Position numbers and translations under genes: made by a program
Assembly: GCA_030744875.1 (NCBI GenBank)
Contig: JASLPR010000036.1
Location: forward strand, 1 to 63,665
DNA: 63,665 nt
Origin: Chloroflexota bacterium
GTDB taxonomy: Bacteria; Chloroflexota; UBA11872; VXNJ01
Direction: 5' to 3'
Part shown: piece after piece, positions 41,479 to 50,720 of the stretch
Layout of the letters: every line of letters begins with the position of its first letter
How positions within the stretch are numbered: position 1 is the stretch's first letter
The notes under the pieces: generated by a model
Database searches by the model: none
What the model was told of the DNA's origin: nothing
The model's input: only the letters and a program-made list of their open reading frames with translations

Positions 41479-43254
41479 CTACTCGGTGTAGTAGTTGATC
41501 GAGTTCAGCGAGCCGTCACCGGACATCGAGCACTTGGCGTCACGGTCGACCGCGATCTCGATCAGGTAGGGCTGGTCCTTGGCGAAAGCACGTTCCAGCG
41601 CGGCGTCGAATCCGGCCGCGTCGGTGACCGCTTCGCCGGCGACGCCGAGTCCCTCGGCGGTCTTGACGAAGTCAATGCCGGGGACGTGGTGGCGGTCGGT
41701 GTCGCCGTAGGTCAGGTCGGTGCTGATGCGGCGTTCGCCGAATTTGCCGTCCTGGGCATGGCGGATCAACCCGAGCCAGCCGTTGTTGACGACGCAGACC
41801 ACGACGCCGATGTCGTGGTGGGCCAGCGTGGCCAGGTCGGCCAACGCCATGCCGATGCTGCCGTCGCCGAGCAGGTTGACGACCTGGGCCTCGGACCGGG
41901 CCATTTTGGCGCCGATGGCCGCGCCGAGGCCCCAACCCATGGTGCCGGCGCCGCCGGTGACCAGGTAGGTGCGCGGCTCGTAGATCTCGAAGAACTGCCC
42001 GGACCACATCTGGCTGACGCCGCAGTCGTGGGTGACGATGGCGTCGCGGTCGAGGAAGTCGCGCAGCATGGCGATGGCCTGCTGGGGCTTCAGGAATTCG
42101 GAATCGAACTCGGTGGGCCGGTCGACCTCGGCCTTGCGGGCGGCGAAGCTGACGGCCAGGTCGCTGGTTTCGTGGTTATCAATCTTCTTGCCGCGCTCCA
42201 CCAACGCAGCCTGGAGGCGGGGGAGGAAGTCCTTCACGTCAGCGGCGATGCCGAGTTCGGCGTCGACCATCAGGCCGAGCGTCTCGGGGTTGATATTCAC
42301 GTGGACGACTTTGGCGTGTTCTTTGAGGTCTTTGGGCAACCCAACGCTGCGATCGGCGAAGCGGCCGCCGAGATTTACGATGAGGTCCGCGGCGTTGAAG
42401 ATCTCGTTGCCCAGCGGGGTATTGCAGCTGGTGCCGATGGCCCCGGCGTACAGCGGATGGTCGGCGGGGATGGCCCCGCGGCCCATGTAAGTCAGCAGCA
42501 CCGGCACGCCGGTGGCCTCGACCATTGCGCCCAGCTCAGCTTCGGCCTCGGCCAGGATGATCCCACCGCCGGCGAGAATGGCCGGGCGCTCGGCGGCGAC
42601 GATCATGTCGGCGGCGCGGTTGACTTCGTCGTCAGTGGCCTGGGCAAGTTCAGGGGCCGGGGCCGGTTCGCGGGGGGTGAAATCGATGTTCTGCAACTGC
42701 ACGTCCAACGGCAGGTCGATCAGCACCGGGCCCATCGGGACCTCGGTGGCGATGCACCAGGCTTCGTAGACGGCATCGACGATCTCTTCGCCGGAGTGCG
42801 GCTGGAAGACGGCCTTGGTGACGGAGCGGACGACGTCCGGGGTGGGGGCTTCCTGGAAGGCGCCGTGGTTGAGCAGGGCGACGTTGACCTGCCCGGTGAA
42901 GGCGACCAGCGGGATGCGGTCGAAGAGCGCGCCGTAGAGCCCGGTGGCCAGGTTGGTCGAGGCGGGCCCGGAGGTGACCATGCAGACGCCGGGCTGGCCG
43001 GTGACCCGCGCCCAGCCATCGGCGGCGAAGACGGCGGTCTGCTCGTGGCGGACGACGTAGGAATCGATGTTGCCACGCCGGTGGATGGCGTCGAAAACCG
43101 GCAGGATCGCCGCCCCGGGGATGCCCCAGATGCGGTCGACGCCCATTTGCTCGAGGATGACGACGGCGGCTTCGGCGGCGGTCATGGTGGTGCTAGTCGC
43201 TGCGTCAGCGCTGGTCGTGGTAGTTGCTTGCGCCATGGCGGCCCTCTTCCTCAT
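41479..43254 (-). CDS. thiamine diphosphate-dependent enzyme (acetolactate synthase large-subunit family)
   Basis: N-terminal Pyr domain (GVDRIWGIPGAAILPVFDA). ThDP-binding motif LLGDGSIGM...NNGWLG. No adjacent small subunit. Confidence 0.88.
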   Translation of the reverse strand: MRKRAAMAQATTTTSADAATSTTMTAAEAAVVILEQMGVDRIWGIPGAAILPVFDAIHRRGNIDSYVVRHEQTAVFAADGWARVTGQPGVCMVTSGPASTNLATGLYGALFDRIPLVAFTGQVNVALLNHGAFQEAPTPDVVRSVTKAVFQPHSGEEIVDAVYEAWCIATEVPMGPVLIDLPLDVQLQNIDFTPREPAPAPELAQATDDEVNRAADMIVAAERPAILAGGGIILAEAEAELGAMVEATGVPVLLTYMGRGAIPADHPLYAGAIGTSCNTPLGNEIFNAADLIVNLGGRFADRSVGLPKDLKEHAKVVHVNINPETLGLMVDAELGIAADVKDFLPRLQAALVERGKKIDNHETSDLAVSFAARKAEVDRPTEFDSEFLKPQQAIAMLRDFLDRDAIVTHDCGVSQMWSGQFFEIYEPRTYLVTGGAGTMGWGLGAAIGAKMARSEAQVVNLLGDGSIGMALADLATLAHHDIGVVVCVVNNGWLGLIRHAQDGKFGERRISTDLTYGDTDRHHVPGIDFVKTAEGLGVAGEAVTDAAGFDAALERAFAKDQPYLIEIAVDRDAKCSMSGDGSLNSINYYTE

Positions 43255-43394
43255 CGGGTGGGCGGCCTCCCGGCGTGGGCCGGATGCTCGGCGGCCGCCC
43301 GCTACTCAATATTCAGGAAAATCTGGCCCCAAATATAGCCGCAGCGCCGATTGCACGAGCGCTATCGGGCCAAATCCGCCGCCGATCGGCCCTT

Positions 43395-43832
43395 CTAGGG
43401 GAAAAGCGACATCCCGGCCATCGCGCCGATTATCGCCCCGGCCGCCAGCCCGACTAGCAGCATCACGACGATCCAGCGGGTGGACAGCAGCGGCTCGGCG
43501 TCGTCGCGATTGCGCTGGTCGGCGGCGACCGTACCGGGTGCGGGCCGCTCGCTGAAGGGCTCGCCGGCGCTGAGCGGGGGCGGCGTGAGCCGGGTTACGA
43601 AGCTTGCGGTCGGTGAAGCGGTCGTAGCCGGCGCCGGCTCGGGTGTGGCCGGAGCGACCGGCTCAGCCGCGAGCGCCGGAGGTGGATCGGTAAGCGTGTC
43701 GGCCTGCTGGAATTCGGTAGCGGGCTCCGTCGCGTCCTCTGCGTCTTTGAGGCTCGCGGTCTCGACGTGCTCCAGAAAACCGGGGCGGTTGACGTTGCGC
43801 CGCTTCAGTTGATCGTCCTGGGCCTGGGCCAT
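43395..43832 (-). CDS. hypothetical tail-anchored protein (Pro/Ala-rich, C-terminal TM helix)
   Basis: C-terminal TM helix WIVVMLLVGLAAGAIIGAMAG. Co-directional with coaBC. No homology recognised. Confidence 0.5.
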   Translation of the reverse strand: MAQAQDDQLKRRNVNRPGFLEHVETASLKDAEDATEPATEFQQADTLTDPPPALAAEPVAPATPEPAPATTASPTASFVTRLTPPPLSAGEPFSERPAPGTVAADQRNRDDAEPLLSTRWIVVMLLVGLAAGAIIGAMAGMSLFP

Positions 43833-43860
43833 TGCCTATCCGGGTTGGGGGTTGCCGCGC

Positions 43861-45063
43861 CTATTGTTGACTGCCACCCAGCAGTTCGACAACTACATCC
43901 ATTACCTTTTCGGCGATCGCACGCTTGGGCGCCGGGCCCGCCTCGGTTATCGGGCCGTCGCGGCGGATGATCTGCACCCGGTTCATGCCCGAGCCGAAAC
44001 CGAGCCCGGACGCGGCGACATCGTTGGCTACGATGGCATCGAGCGACTTCGCCGCCAGCTTCGCCCGGGCGTTCTCGAGCAGGTTCTCAGTCTCGGCGGC
44101 AAAGCCGACCTTGATGAATCCGCCGCTGAGCCCGGCCAGGATGTCGTCGGTCGGCGTGAGTTCCAGGGAGAGCCCGTCGCCGGTCTTCTTGATCTTCTGG
44201 CCGGCGGCAGCGGCCGGGGTGTAGTCGCCGACGGCGGCCGCCATCACCAGCGCATCGCAGCCGGCCGTGGCCTGCTCGACCGCCGCCTTCATCGCGGCGG
44301 CGCTGGCGGCCTCGATCACTTCCATCCCAGTGGGCGGCGCAACCGCAATCGCACCGACGATCAGCGCGACGTTCGCGCCGCGATCGCGGGCGGCCCGGGC
44401 CAGCGCGATGCCCTGGCGGCCGGACGAGGGATTGCCGATAAAGCGCACCGGATCGATGGCCTCGCGGGTGCCGCCGGCGGTTACGACGATCTGCCTGCCC
44501 GCGAGATCGCCGCCCAGCCCGAGGGTCTCGCCGATGCGATCGATGATCGCATCGACATCCGCCAATCGCCCGACCCCGGAATGCCCGGAGGCCAGTCGCC
44601 CAGTGCCCGGAGCAATGATCCCGGCCCCGTGATCGGCTAGGGTACGCAGATTGGCCTGGGTGGACCCAGCCAGGTACATGCTTGATTCCATCGCCGGGGC
44701 CACGAGGCGCGGGGCGGTGGTGCTGAGCCAAGTGGCGGTGACGATGTCGTCGGCCAGGCCCATCGCCAGCCGCGCGATGGTATTGGCGGTGGCCGGGGCG
44801 ACGATCATCAGGTCAGCGGCGCGGCCCCGATCGACGTGGGCGATGCGGCCCTCTCGGTCGACTTCGCCGACATCGCTGTGGACCGCCTGGCGGGTCAGCG
44901 CCTGGAAGTTGAGCGGGCTGACGAAGCCGCGGGCCGCGGCGGTCATCACCGTATGCACGTGAGCGCCGCGATGGGACAGGGTGCTGGCGAGTTGCACGGC
45001 CTTGTAGGCGGCGATGCTGCCGGTGACGCCGAGGACGATGTTCTTGCCGGCCAACCCGCTCAT
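43861..45063 (-). CDS. coaBC: bifunctional phosphopantothenoylcysteine decarboxylase / phosphopantothenate--cysteine ligase
   Basis: Flavoprotein N-terminus GKNIVLGVTGSIAAYKA. CoaB half ITAGGTREAIDPVRFIGNPSSG. The ATG at 45063 forms an ATGA overlap with the coaX stop. Confidence 0.93.
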   Translation of the reverse strand: MSGLAGKNIVLGVTGSIAAYKAVQLASTLSHRGAHVHTVMTAAARGFVSPLNFQALTRQAVHSDVGEVDREGRIAHVDRGRAADLMIVAPATANTIARLAMGLADDIVTATWLSTTAPRLVAPAMESSMYLAGSTQANLRTLADHGAGIIAPGTGRLASGHSGVGRLADVDAIIDRIGETLGLGGDLAGRQIVVTAGGTREAIDPVRFIGNPSSGRQGIALARAARDRGANVALIVGAIAVAPPTGMEVIEAASAAAMKAAVEQATAGCDALVMAAAVGDYTPAAAAGQKIKKTGDGLSLELTPTDDILAGLSGGFIKVGFAAETENLLENARAKLAAKSLDAIVANDVAASGLGFGSGMNRVQIIRRDGPITEAGPAPKRAIAEKVMDVVVELLGGSQQ

Positions 45064-45881
45064 CCGGCCACTGCCCGGCGCTCGTGAGCGAGCGCCAGCC
45101 CGAGCAGCGTGAGGTCGGGGGCGACCTCGTCGATCAGATTGATGTCGTCGATTACCTGGTCGGCCAGCCCGCCGGTGGCGATGACCCGTGGCCGCTGGCG
45201 CAACTCGGCGAAAAGGTTCTCCAGCAGGCCGCGGACCTGGTGCACGTAGCCCCAGTAGATGCCGGTCTGCATGCACTCGACGGTGTTCTTGCCGACGATT
45301 CGTTCGGGCCGCGCGAACCGCACCCGGGGTAGCTGCGAGGTGCCCCGAAACAGCGCCTCGGTGACCATCGCCACGCCGGGGGCGATTACGCCGCCGGTGT
45401 AGTTGCCGTCTTCGTCGACGACATCGAAGGTTGTGGCCGAGCCCAGGTCGACCACGATCGCCGGCCCACCGAAAAGTTCGGCGACGGCGGCGCAATTGAG
45501 GACTCGATCGACGCCGACTTCGGCGGGAAAATCCACGTGCAAGGCGACGCCGGGGATCGTGGTGGCCGTGACCGCGAGCGGGGTGACGCCGGTGCTCGCG
45601 GCGACGGCTTCGCTGACGGTCGCCGTCAGCGGCGGGACGACCGATCCAATGATGGCGGCGGCGAGATCGCCGCGCTCGATCCCGGCTCGATCCAGAGCGG
45701 CTCCGAGCAGCAGCGCGTACTCGTCGGCGGTGCGGCCGCGCTCGGTGGCGAAACGCCAGGAATGGTAGATGGCCCGCGACCGCAACACCCCGATGCTGAT
45801 GTTGGAATTGCCCACGTCAATGGCCAGCAATCGGCCGCCGCCGTCGCCGCCATCGGGGTTGTGGGGGGAACCTGCGCTCAA
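45060..45881 (-). CDS. coaX: type III pantothenate kinase
   Basis: LLAIDVGNSNISIGV and VVDLGSATTFDVV motifs. No ATG is available, so TTG 45881 is proposed as the start. Confidence 0.88.
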   Translation of the reverse strand: MSAGSPHNPDGGDGGGRLLAIDVGNSNISIGVLRSRAIYHSWRFATERGRTADEYALLLGAALDRAGIERGDLAAAIIGSVVPPLTATVSEAVAASTGVTPLAVTATTIPGVALHVDFPAEVGVDRVLNCAAVAELFGGPAIVVDLGSATTFDVVDEDGNYTGGVIAPGVAMVTEALFRGTSQLPRVRFARPERIVGKNTVECMQTGIYWGYVHQVRGLLENLFAELRQRPRVIATGGLADQVIDDINLIDEVAPDLTLLGLALAHERRAVAG

Positions 45882-45945
45882 GGGCCTGCCGTCCGATCCG
45901 GTTGGAATTGCCTGTCGCTTTCGATCCAGCCTAATCTTGACGACT

Positions 45946-46767
45946 TTGAAAGTGCCAGAATTCCATCTTGGCGGGCTCGCCCCGCTGGAACTAGAAACCC
46001 TGACTCTGCCGGAACTGCGGGCGGTCTTGCCCGACGTGGAACTGGCCGTGGTGACCCTGGGCTCGATCGAGCAGCACGGGCCGAACACCGCCCTGGAAAC
46101 CGATCTGGCGATGGCCCACGAGATGGCGCGGATGGCCTCGGCGCGGCTGTACCCGAAGCTGCTGGTGGTGCCGCCGATCCCCTGGGGAATGTCGGACTAC
46201 CACATGGATTTTCCGGGCACGCTGAGCCTGCGACCGGAGACGGTGCTCGATGTTCTGCGCGACATCTTTGGCTCACTGCGCCAACACGGCATCGAGAACT
46301 GGCTCATCACCAATTTCCACTCGGGCAACGAGGGGATCGTTAGCGTGGCGGTACAGGGGTTGGGGGCGGAGTTGAAGCCGAACTTCCTGGGCTCGGTCTC
46401 GCTGGCGCAACTGGAACCGGACAACATCGAGGCGCAGGTGCGTCGCTCGCGGGTGGTGGGGCACGGCTGCGAGGTCGAAACCGCCGAGTTGATGTACGTG
46501 CGCCCTGACCTGGTGCAGATCGAGGACGTGGCAGCCGGCGGACTGCGCACCGAGCACATCGACCGGCGCCGCAAGTTCTTTGGCAGCGGGGTGCGGGTAA
46601 CCTGGTCGTTTGCCGAGGGCACCAGCAACGGCGCGCTGGGCGACTCCCGCCACGCCAGCTACGAGGGCGGCAAGAACCTGGTCGAGGGGATGATGGATGA
46701 GTTCATGGACATCCTCGACGAGATCATGAGTAACTGGCTGGACCGGAGCGAAGGGGCGAATTCCTGA
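45946..46767 (+). CDS. creatininase (creatinine amidohydrolase/ArfB/MftE) family protein, paralog 1
   Basis: LGSIEQHGPNTALETD metal-binding motif. TTG 45946 or GTG 45952 start; the ORF-track start at 45769 overlaps coaX. Confidence 0.85.
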   Translation: MKVPEFHLGGLAPLELETLTLPELRAVLPDVELAVVTLGSIEQHGPNTALETDLAMAHEMARMASARLYPKLLVVPPIPWGMSDYHMDFPGTLSLRPETVLDVLRDIFGSLRQHGIENWLITNFHSGNEGIVSVAVQGLGAELKPNFLGSVSLAQLEPDNIEAQVRRSRVVGHGCEVETAELMYVRPDLVQIEDVAAGGLRTEHIDRRRKFFGSGVRVTWSFAEGTSNGALGDSRHASYEGGKNLVEGMMDEFMDILDEIMSNWLDRSEGANS

Positions 46768-47564
46768 TGGCAAACGAAAACGGCGGCGGTCCCGAGCTGC
46801 TACTCTCCGAGTTGACCACCGTCGAAGTGGAGCGGCTGGGGGATCAGATCGAACTGGTGTTGCTGCCGTTCGGCGCCACCGAGCAGCACGGCCCGCACCT
46901 GGCGATGGGGACAGACTCGTTTATCGCCGATGCCTTCTGCCGCGAGGTGTCGCGGCGGCACTATCCGCGGGTGCTGGTGGCACCGCCGCTGCGCTGGGGG
47001 CTGTCCGGGCTGCACATGGACTTCCCGGGCACGATCACACTTTCGGCGGACACCGTAATGCGCATCTTCGAGGACGTGATCGACTCGCTGGTGTCGCACG
47101 GGTTCGGTCGCTTCCTGATCGTCAACACCCATGGCGGCAATCGCGAAGTGGCGAAACTGGCGGCCACCCAGATCGGCGCTCGCGATGGCGTGGACTTCAT
47201 GGGAGCCGTTGACATGGGCAGCCTCATCGAACCGGATGTCCGGGCGCGGCAGCAGGCGGCAGGGACAGGGCGGGGCGGTCACGCCTGCGAGGATGAGACC
47301 GCGACCGCCATGTATCTGTGCCCCGAGATCGTGCGCGAGGACAAGATCGCGAAGGCCGAATTCGACGAAGGCGCGTTCGACTTCCGGGTGGCGATGGAGA
47401 CGCACGGCATCCGCGTCCCGACCAACATGCACGATCTCACCGAAGGCGGCGCGCTGGGCGACCCGACCCTGGCCACCGCCGAATGGGGCGAGGAACGGGT
47501 GGAGTCGGCCTATGCGCGGCTGGGCGACCTGATCGACACGATCACCGGCGGGGCGGGCGGCTAG
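46767..47564 (+). CDS. creatininase family protein, paralog 2
   Basis: LPFGATEQHGPHLAMGTD and HACEDETA motifs. The ATG overlaps the stop of paralog 1 (TGATG). Confidence 0.88.
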   Translation: MANENGGGPELLLSELTTVEVERLGDQIELVLLPFGATEQHGPHLAMGTDSFIADAFCREVSRRHYPRVLVAPPLRWGLSGLHMDFPGTITLSADTVMRIFEDVIDSLVSHGFGRFLIVNTHGGNREVAKLAATQIGARDGVDFMGAVDMGSLIEPDVRARQQAAGTGRGGHACEDETATAMYLCPEIVREDKIAKAEFDEGAFDFRVAMETHGIRVPTNMHDLTEGGALGDPTLATAEWGEERVESAYARLGDLIDTITGGAGG

Positions 47565-47785
47565 GAGGGCGGGCGCTCCTCGACCGAGTGCCATTCGCAG
47601 GCGTCGCACCACTTGATCACGATGCTACCGTCGACCGAACGAAACTCCTGTACCTTGCCGGCCGGCCCGGTGGTGCAGTCCGTGTGCGTGCGTCCCATCT
47701 GCTCCACCCAGCCCTCGACGTCCTGATCGATCAACCGGGCAAGCCGGTCCGGTAACAGTTCCCTGGCGCGCGAATGGTCATCCAA
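47561..47785 (-). CDS. hypothetical small protein (74 aa) with C-x23-C-x2-C-x2-H pattern
   Basis: ATG start and high GC3. Shares a palindromic CTAG stop with the convergent creatininase gene. No homology recognised. Confidence 0.35.
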   Translation of the reverse strand: MDDHSRARELLPDRLARLIDQDVEGWVEQMGRTHTDCTTGPAGKVQEFRSVDGSIVIKWCDACEWHSVEERPPS

Positions 47786-47903
47786 AGGTCGACTGACTCC
47801 CCACTACTGGCATGTCGCCCGGCATCGTAAATCCATCCGGATCATAACTTCTCGCTGGAGCCAGAATTGTGCCATGGCTTACCGAGCGGCCCGGCGATTT
47901 CGG

Positions 47904-48350
47904 TCAGTCGCCGGCCGCGTCGAATTCGCCCGGGGTGGCCCGCAACCCGCGGATCAGATCCTTTTGCTCGGCCGGTTCAAAGCCCGCCGCCGGGTTGAGC
48001 AGCACGTAGGCGTTGGACGGCATGTGGCCCTCCACGATCGACCCAACGGCCGCGCCGGCACCCGGCTGCGGGCGGTCCCAGGCGGAGAAATTGAGCAGCG
48101 CGCGGCCCGCGTCGACGTCGCCCCGTACCTTCCACGAAAACGGTGCGATGTCGCTGTACCAGGGCCAATCGGTCTGGTTGCTGTGGCAGGCAAAGCAGGC
48201 CTGGACCGCCAATTCATGGGTACGCAGGCTATCCCATTGCGGTTCGGCGGTGACCGGCGGATTGGTACGTTCGCCACCAAACGGGAGGACCTGCAGCACG
48301 GCGATGAATAGCACCAGCGCCACCACCGGTAGCACCACGGTTCGGGACAT
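47904..48350 (-). CDS. haem-binding domain protein (Haem_bd-like), membrane-anchored
   Basis: N-terminal TM helix. CFACHSNQTDWPWYSDIAPFSWKVRGDVDAGRALLNFSAWD matches the CxxCH plus WPWYS signature of the haem-binding domain family. Start at ATG 48350. Confidence 0.75.
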   Translation of the reverse strand: MSRTVVLPVVALVLFIAVLQVLPFGGERTNPPVTAEPQWDSLRTHELAVQACFACHSNQTDWPWYSDIAPFSWKVRGDVDAGRALLNFSAWDRPQPGAGAAVGSIVEGHMPSNAYVLLNPAAGFEPAEQKDLIRGLRATPGEFDAAGD

Positions 48351-48418
48351 GGGGACCTTTCTTCTTTGACCGGCGCTCAGCCTAACGCCAGCCCGCACGA
48401 GTCCTCAATCGGTGTCGG

Positions 48419-48446
48419 TTGCCCGCCAAGCGGCCTGTGCTACGCT
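48419..48446 (+). promoter_or_regulatory. candidate promoter for tRNA-Leu (TTGCCC-N16-TACGCT)
   Basis: The -10-like hexamer ends 9 nt before the mature tRNA 5' end. Same -35 hexamer and spacing as the rpsA candidate. Confidence 0.4.
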
Positions 48447-48455
48447 GGCCAACCC

Positions 48456-48541
48456 GCCGGGGTGGCGGAATTGGCAGACGCATTGGACTTAAAATCCAAA
48501 GGGCTACGCCCGTGAGGGTTCGAGTCCCTCCCCCGGCACCA
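48456..48541 (+). tRNA. tRNA-Leu (anticodon UAA), type II with long variable arm, encoded CCA
   Basis: Acceptor stem GCCGGGG/CCCCGGC. Anticodon stem TTGGA/TCCAA with loop CTTAAAA. T arm GAGGG-TTCGAGT-CCCTC. Discriminator A followed by CCA. Confidence 0.95.
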
Positions 48542-48551
48542 ACCTTCGTCT

Positions 48552-49103
48552 TTGCACAGCCTCTACCCCTGTAACAGGCGAAGAATCAGGGCGCTGGACC
48601 CGGCGCGGGTCTGGGGTGTCTTCGAGGGCCTGTTTGGGGTGCGCTCGAACGAACTTGTGGTAGTGACCCACGGCAGCGACGCGGCGGTGGATGCGTCAAT
48701 CGAGACCCTGGGCGGCCTGCCGGCGGTGACGGCGATTGAGTCGTTGACGTTCGTACCGACAGTGCGCCCGAAGACGACGGCGCCCATGACCCGGGCGGGG
48801 CTTTACGTGTTCCGCTTCTTCAAGGTCGGTCCTGACGATGTCGAGGAGGCGGTGGCGCTGTCGGACACCGCCTGGACGACGTTTGAGAACAACGACGGCT
48901 ACGAGACGGAGCCGATGGGGCTCTTTTCCGCCCGGCATCCGACCGGCGACATGACCGCGATGCTGCTGGTGACCTAGTATGACGGGTTGAATTCGTGGCA
49001 GGAATCACGGGCGTCGGATCCGGCGGCGGTGGCGAATTTCAACAAGCGCCGCGCCCTTACCGACGGCGCGATGCCCTACGCGACGCGGCTGGTCACGATC
49101 TAG
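48552..49103 (+). pseudogene. NIPSNAP-like (dimeric alpha/beta barrel) gene interrupted by an in-frame TAG at 48975-48977; possibly also 5'-truncated at the tRNA
   Basis: The same frame continues after TAG for 41 codons (YDGLNSWQESRASDPAAVANFNKRRAL...ATRLVTI). The stop sits where family members have Trp (LLVT-W-YD). Only about half a domain precedes the complete C-terminal domain. Confidence 0.55.
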
Positions 49104-49124
49104 TTCGGCGGCCGGCGGCTCGCG

Positions 49125-50222
49125 TCAGGGTCGCTTGCCGGTCCCGGCGAAGGCGAGCATTCCGTCGCGATCCAGTCCTTCCAGACCGACGTCGGCGAGG
49201 GTGCGCCGGAGCCGGCCGGCGGGTTCGCGCAGCACCGTGAGGCCCAGGCGGATGGTGGAGTCGATGATCGGCGTGGCGACGCCGAGTTGTCCGGCGACGG
49301 CCGACCAGATGCCGAGTCCGTAGGGCACGTCTTCGGAAAGCCAGCGGGTGTCGAGGGCGCCGGGGGCGCGCAGCGCCGTCAGCATGCGGCTGCCGTTGAT
49401 GACGCTCCAGAGATCGCCTTCGGGACCAAAGCCGGCAGTGGCGAAGCCGGCCGCCACGCCGACCAGGTCAAACCCGAGAGCCGCGCCGATGGCCAGGCGC
49501 TCGGCGTCGAGGGCCTCGATTACCTCGACCACGCCGGGGGTAATGCCCTCCTCGTAGAAGTAGAACTCGCCGCGGGAGCGCTCGATGCGGCCGGCGTTCA
49601 TGAGCACGCCAACCGGATGCACCACCGGGTTCATGGCCCCGAGCCCGCATTCGAGGACGCTGGAAACCGGCCTGAGACCGGGGAACAGCGGCTCCAGCAA
49701 GCCGAGCACGCGCTCGGTATCGCCGGCCGGGAAGACGCCGAGGCCCATGTGCGGCACGACCCCCCAGATAGTTGCGCCGTCCGGTTGGGTCCGCCGGCAG
49801 ACGTAGGGCGCGGTGTCGGTTTCGGCGATGGTGATGCTCGGGGCGCCGGCTTCGCGCAGGATGCGCGCCATCTCCAGCGCGCCGAAGGTGCCGGGCATGA
49901 GGGTGAGCACGTGCTCCGCGCGGACGTGGGGGGCCAACGCCCGCGCCCAGGGGGCATGCCCGTAGGCGGGGATGCTCATAACAAGGAGATCGTTGGCGGC
50001 GAGGGCCGCGGCCAGGTCGGTGGTGATGTTGTGGATTCGCGCCAGTCCGGTGCTGGCCGTCCCGAACAACTGGATGGCGCCTTCCGCCTGGATCGGTTCG
50101 AGGACCCCGGCGAACTCCGGCAGTTCGGCCAGGGTGACCACAAGGCCGCGATGGCTGAGTTCGGCCGCGATGGCGAAACCGGTGTTGCCCGCTCCCAGTA
50201 CGGCCACGTTCGGTGCGGTCAT
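49125..50222 (-). CDS. NAD(P)-dependent opine (octopine/nopaline) dehydrogenase family protein
   Basis: Rossmann N-terminus VAVLGAGNTGFAIAAELSHRG. Length about 365 aa from ATG 50222. Confidence 0.85.
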   Translation of the reverse strand: MTAPNVAVLGAGNTGFAIAAELSHRGLVVTLAELPEFAGVLEPIQAEGAIQLFGTASTGLARIHNITTDLAAALAANDLLVMSIPAYGHAPWARALAPHVRAEHVLTLMPGTFGALEMARILREAGAPSITIAETDTAPYVCRRTQPDGATIWGVVPHMGLGVFPAGDTERVLGLLEPLFPGLRPVSSVLECGLGAMNPVVHPVGVLMNAGRIERSRGEFYFYEEGITPGVVEVIEALDAERLAIGAALGFDLVGVAAGFATAGFGPEGDLWSVINGSRMLTALRAPGALDTRWLSEDVPYGLGIWSAVAGQLGVATPIIDSTIRLGLTVLREPAGRLRRTLADVGLEGLDRDGMLAFAGTGKRP

Positions 50223-50535
50223 TGCGCCTGCCTTCTTCGGGTGGTTGTCACTCGCCTGCGAGGGTACATTCTGGCACTCCGCCGGGCCATGCCGGCACCG
50301 GGGCCCGGCGATCGCCCCGATCACCGATGGCACGATCGCCTCGACTCGGGCGCGGCCTCCCGCCCTACCGACGGACTCCCGTCCATACGCCGGCAATCGA
50401 CCGGCAAGAAGCCAACGATCGGTCCCACTCCACCCATTTCGAGGGTGCCGGGAGAGGCCGCGGACGCAACCGGACGGACTGCGCCGCGCGCCGGTTTATG
50501 CTGAGGCACCGCACTCCCGAGAAAGTAGGCAGATT

Positions 50536-50692
50536 GTGGACGGATTGACAATCGTGGCGCTGGTGTTTGGAGTGTTCGGCTTCCTGATGGCCTGGCGCGC
50601 GCGGATAGCGGATAGAGATTCAAGAAACCCGGCGGCGGCTCGCCACGCTGGAACGGGCCGCCGAGTCGGGGGAGGGCCCGTCCAACGACTGA
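50536..50692 (+). pseudogene. possible small membrane-protein ORF disrupted by a 7-bp tandem duplication (GCGGATA x2 at 50601-50614)
   Basis: Removing one copy fuses a TM helix (VDGLTIVALVFGVFGFLMAWRARI) in frame to EIQETRRRLATLERAAESGEGPSND-stop. It is uncertain whether this is a real gene. Confidence 0.2.
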
Positions 50693-50720
50693 GCCCGGCT
50701 GGATATAGCCTTCGCCGCGG

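Noticed and set aside
45769-45945. N-terminal 59 codons of the ORF-track version of creatininase paralog 1, overlapping coaX on the opposite strand.
   Set aside because: The segment is Pro/Ser-rich, lacks family similarity and lies inside the coaX coding region. Family similarity begins just after TTG 45946 / GTG 45952.
48456-50400. Integrated mobile element or prophage at tRNA-Leu.
   Set aside because: No integrase, transposase, recombinase or phage gene was seen. I could not find a direct repeat of the tRNA 3' end. Only the softer 'decaying accessory region' inference is kept.
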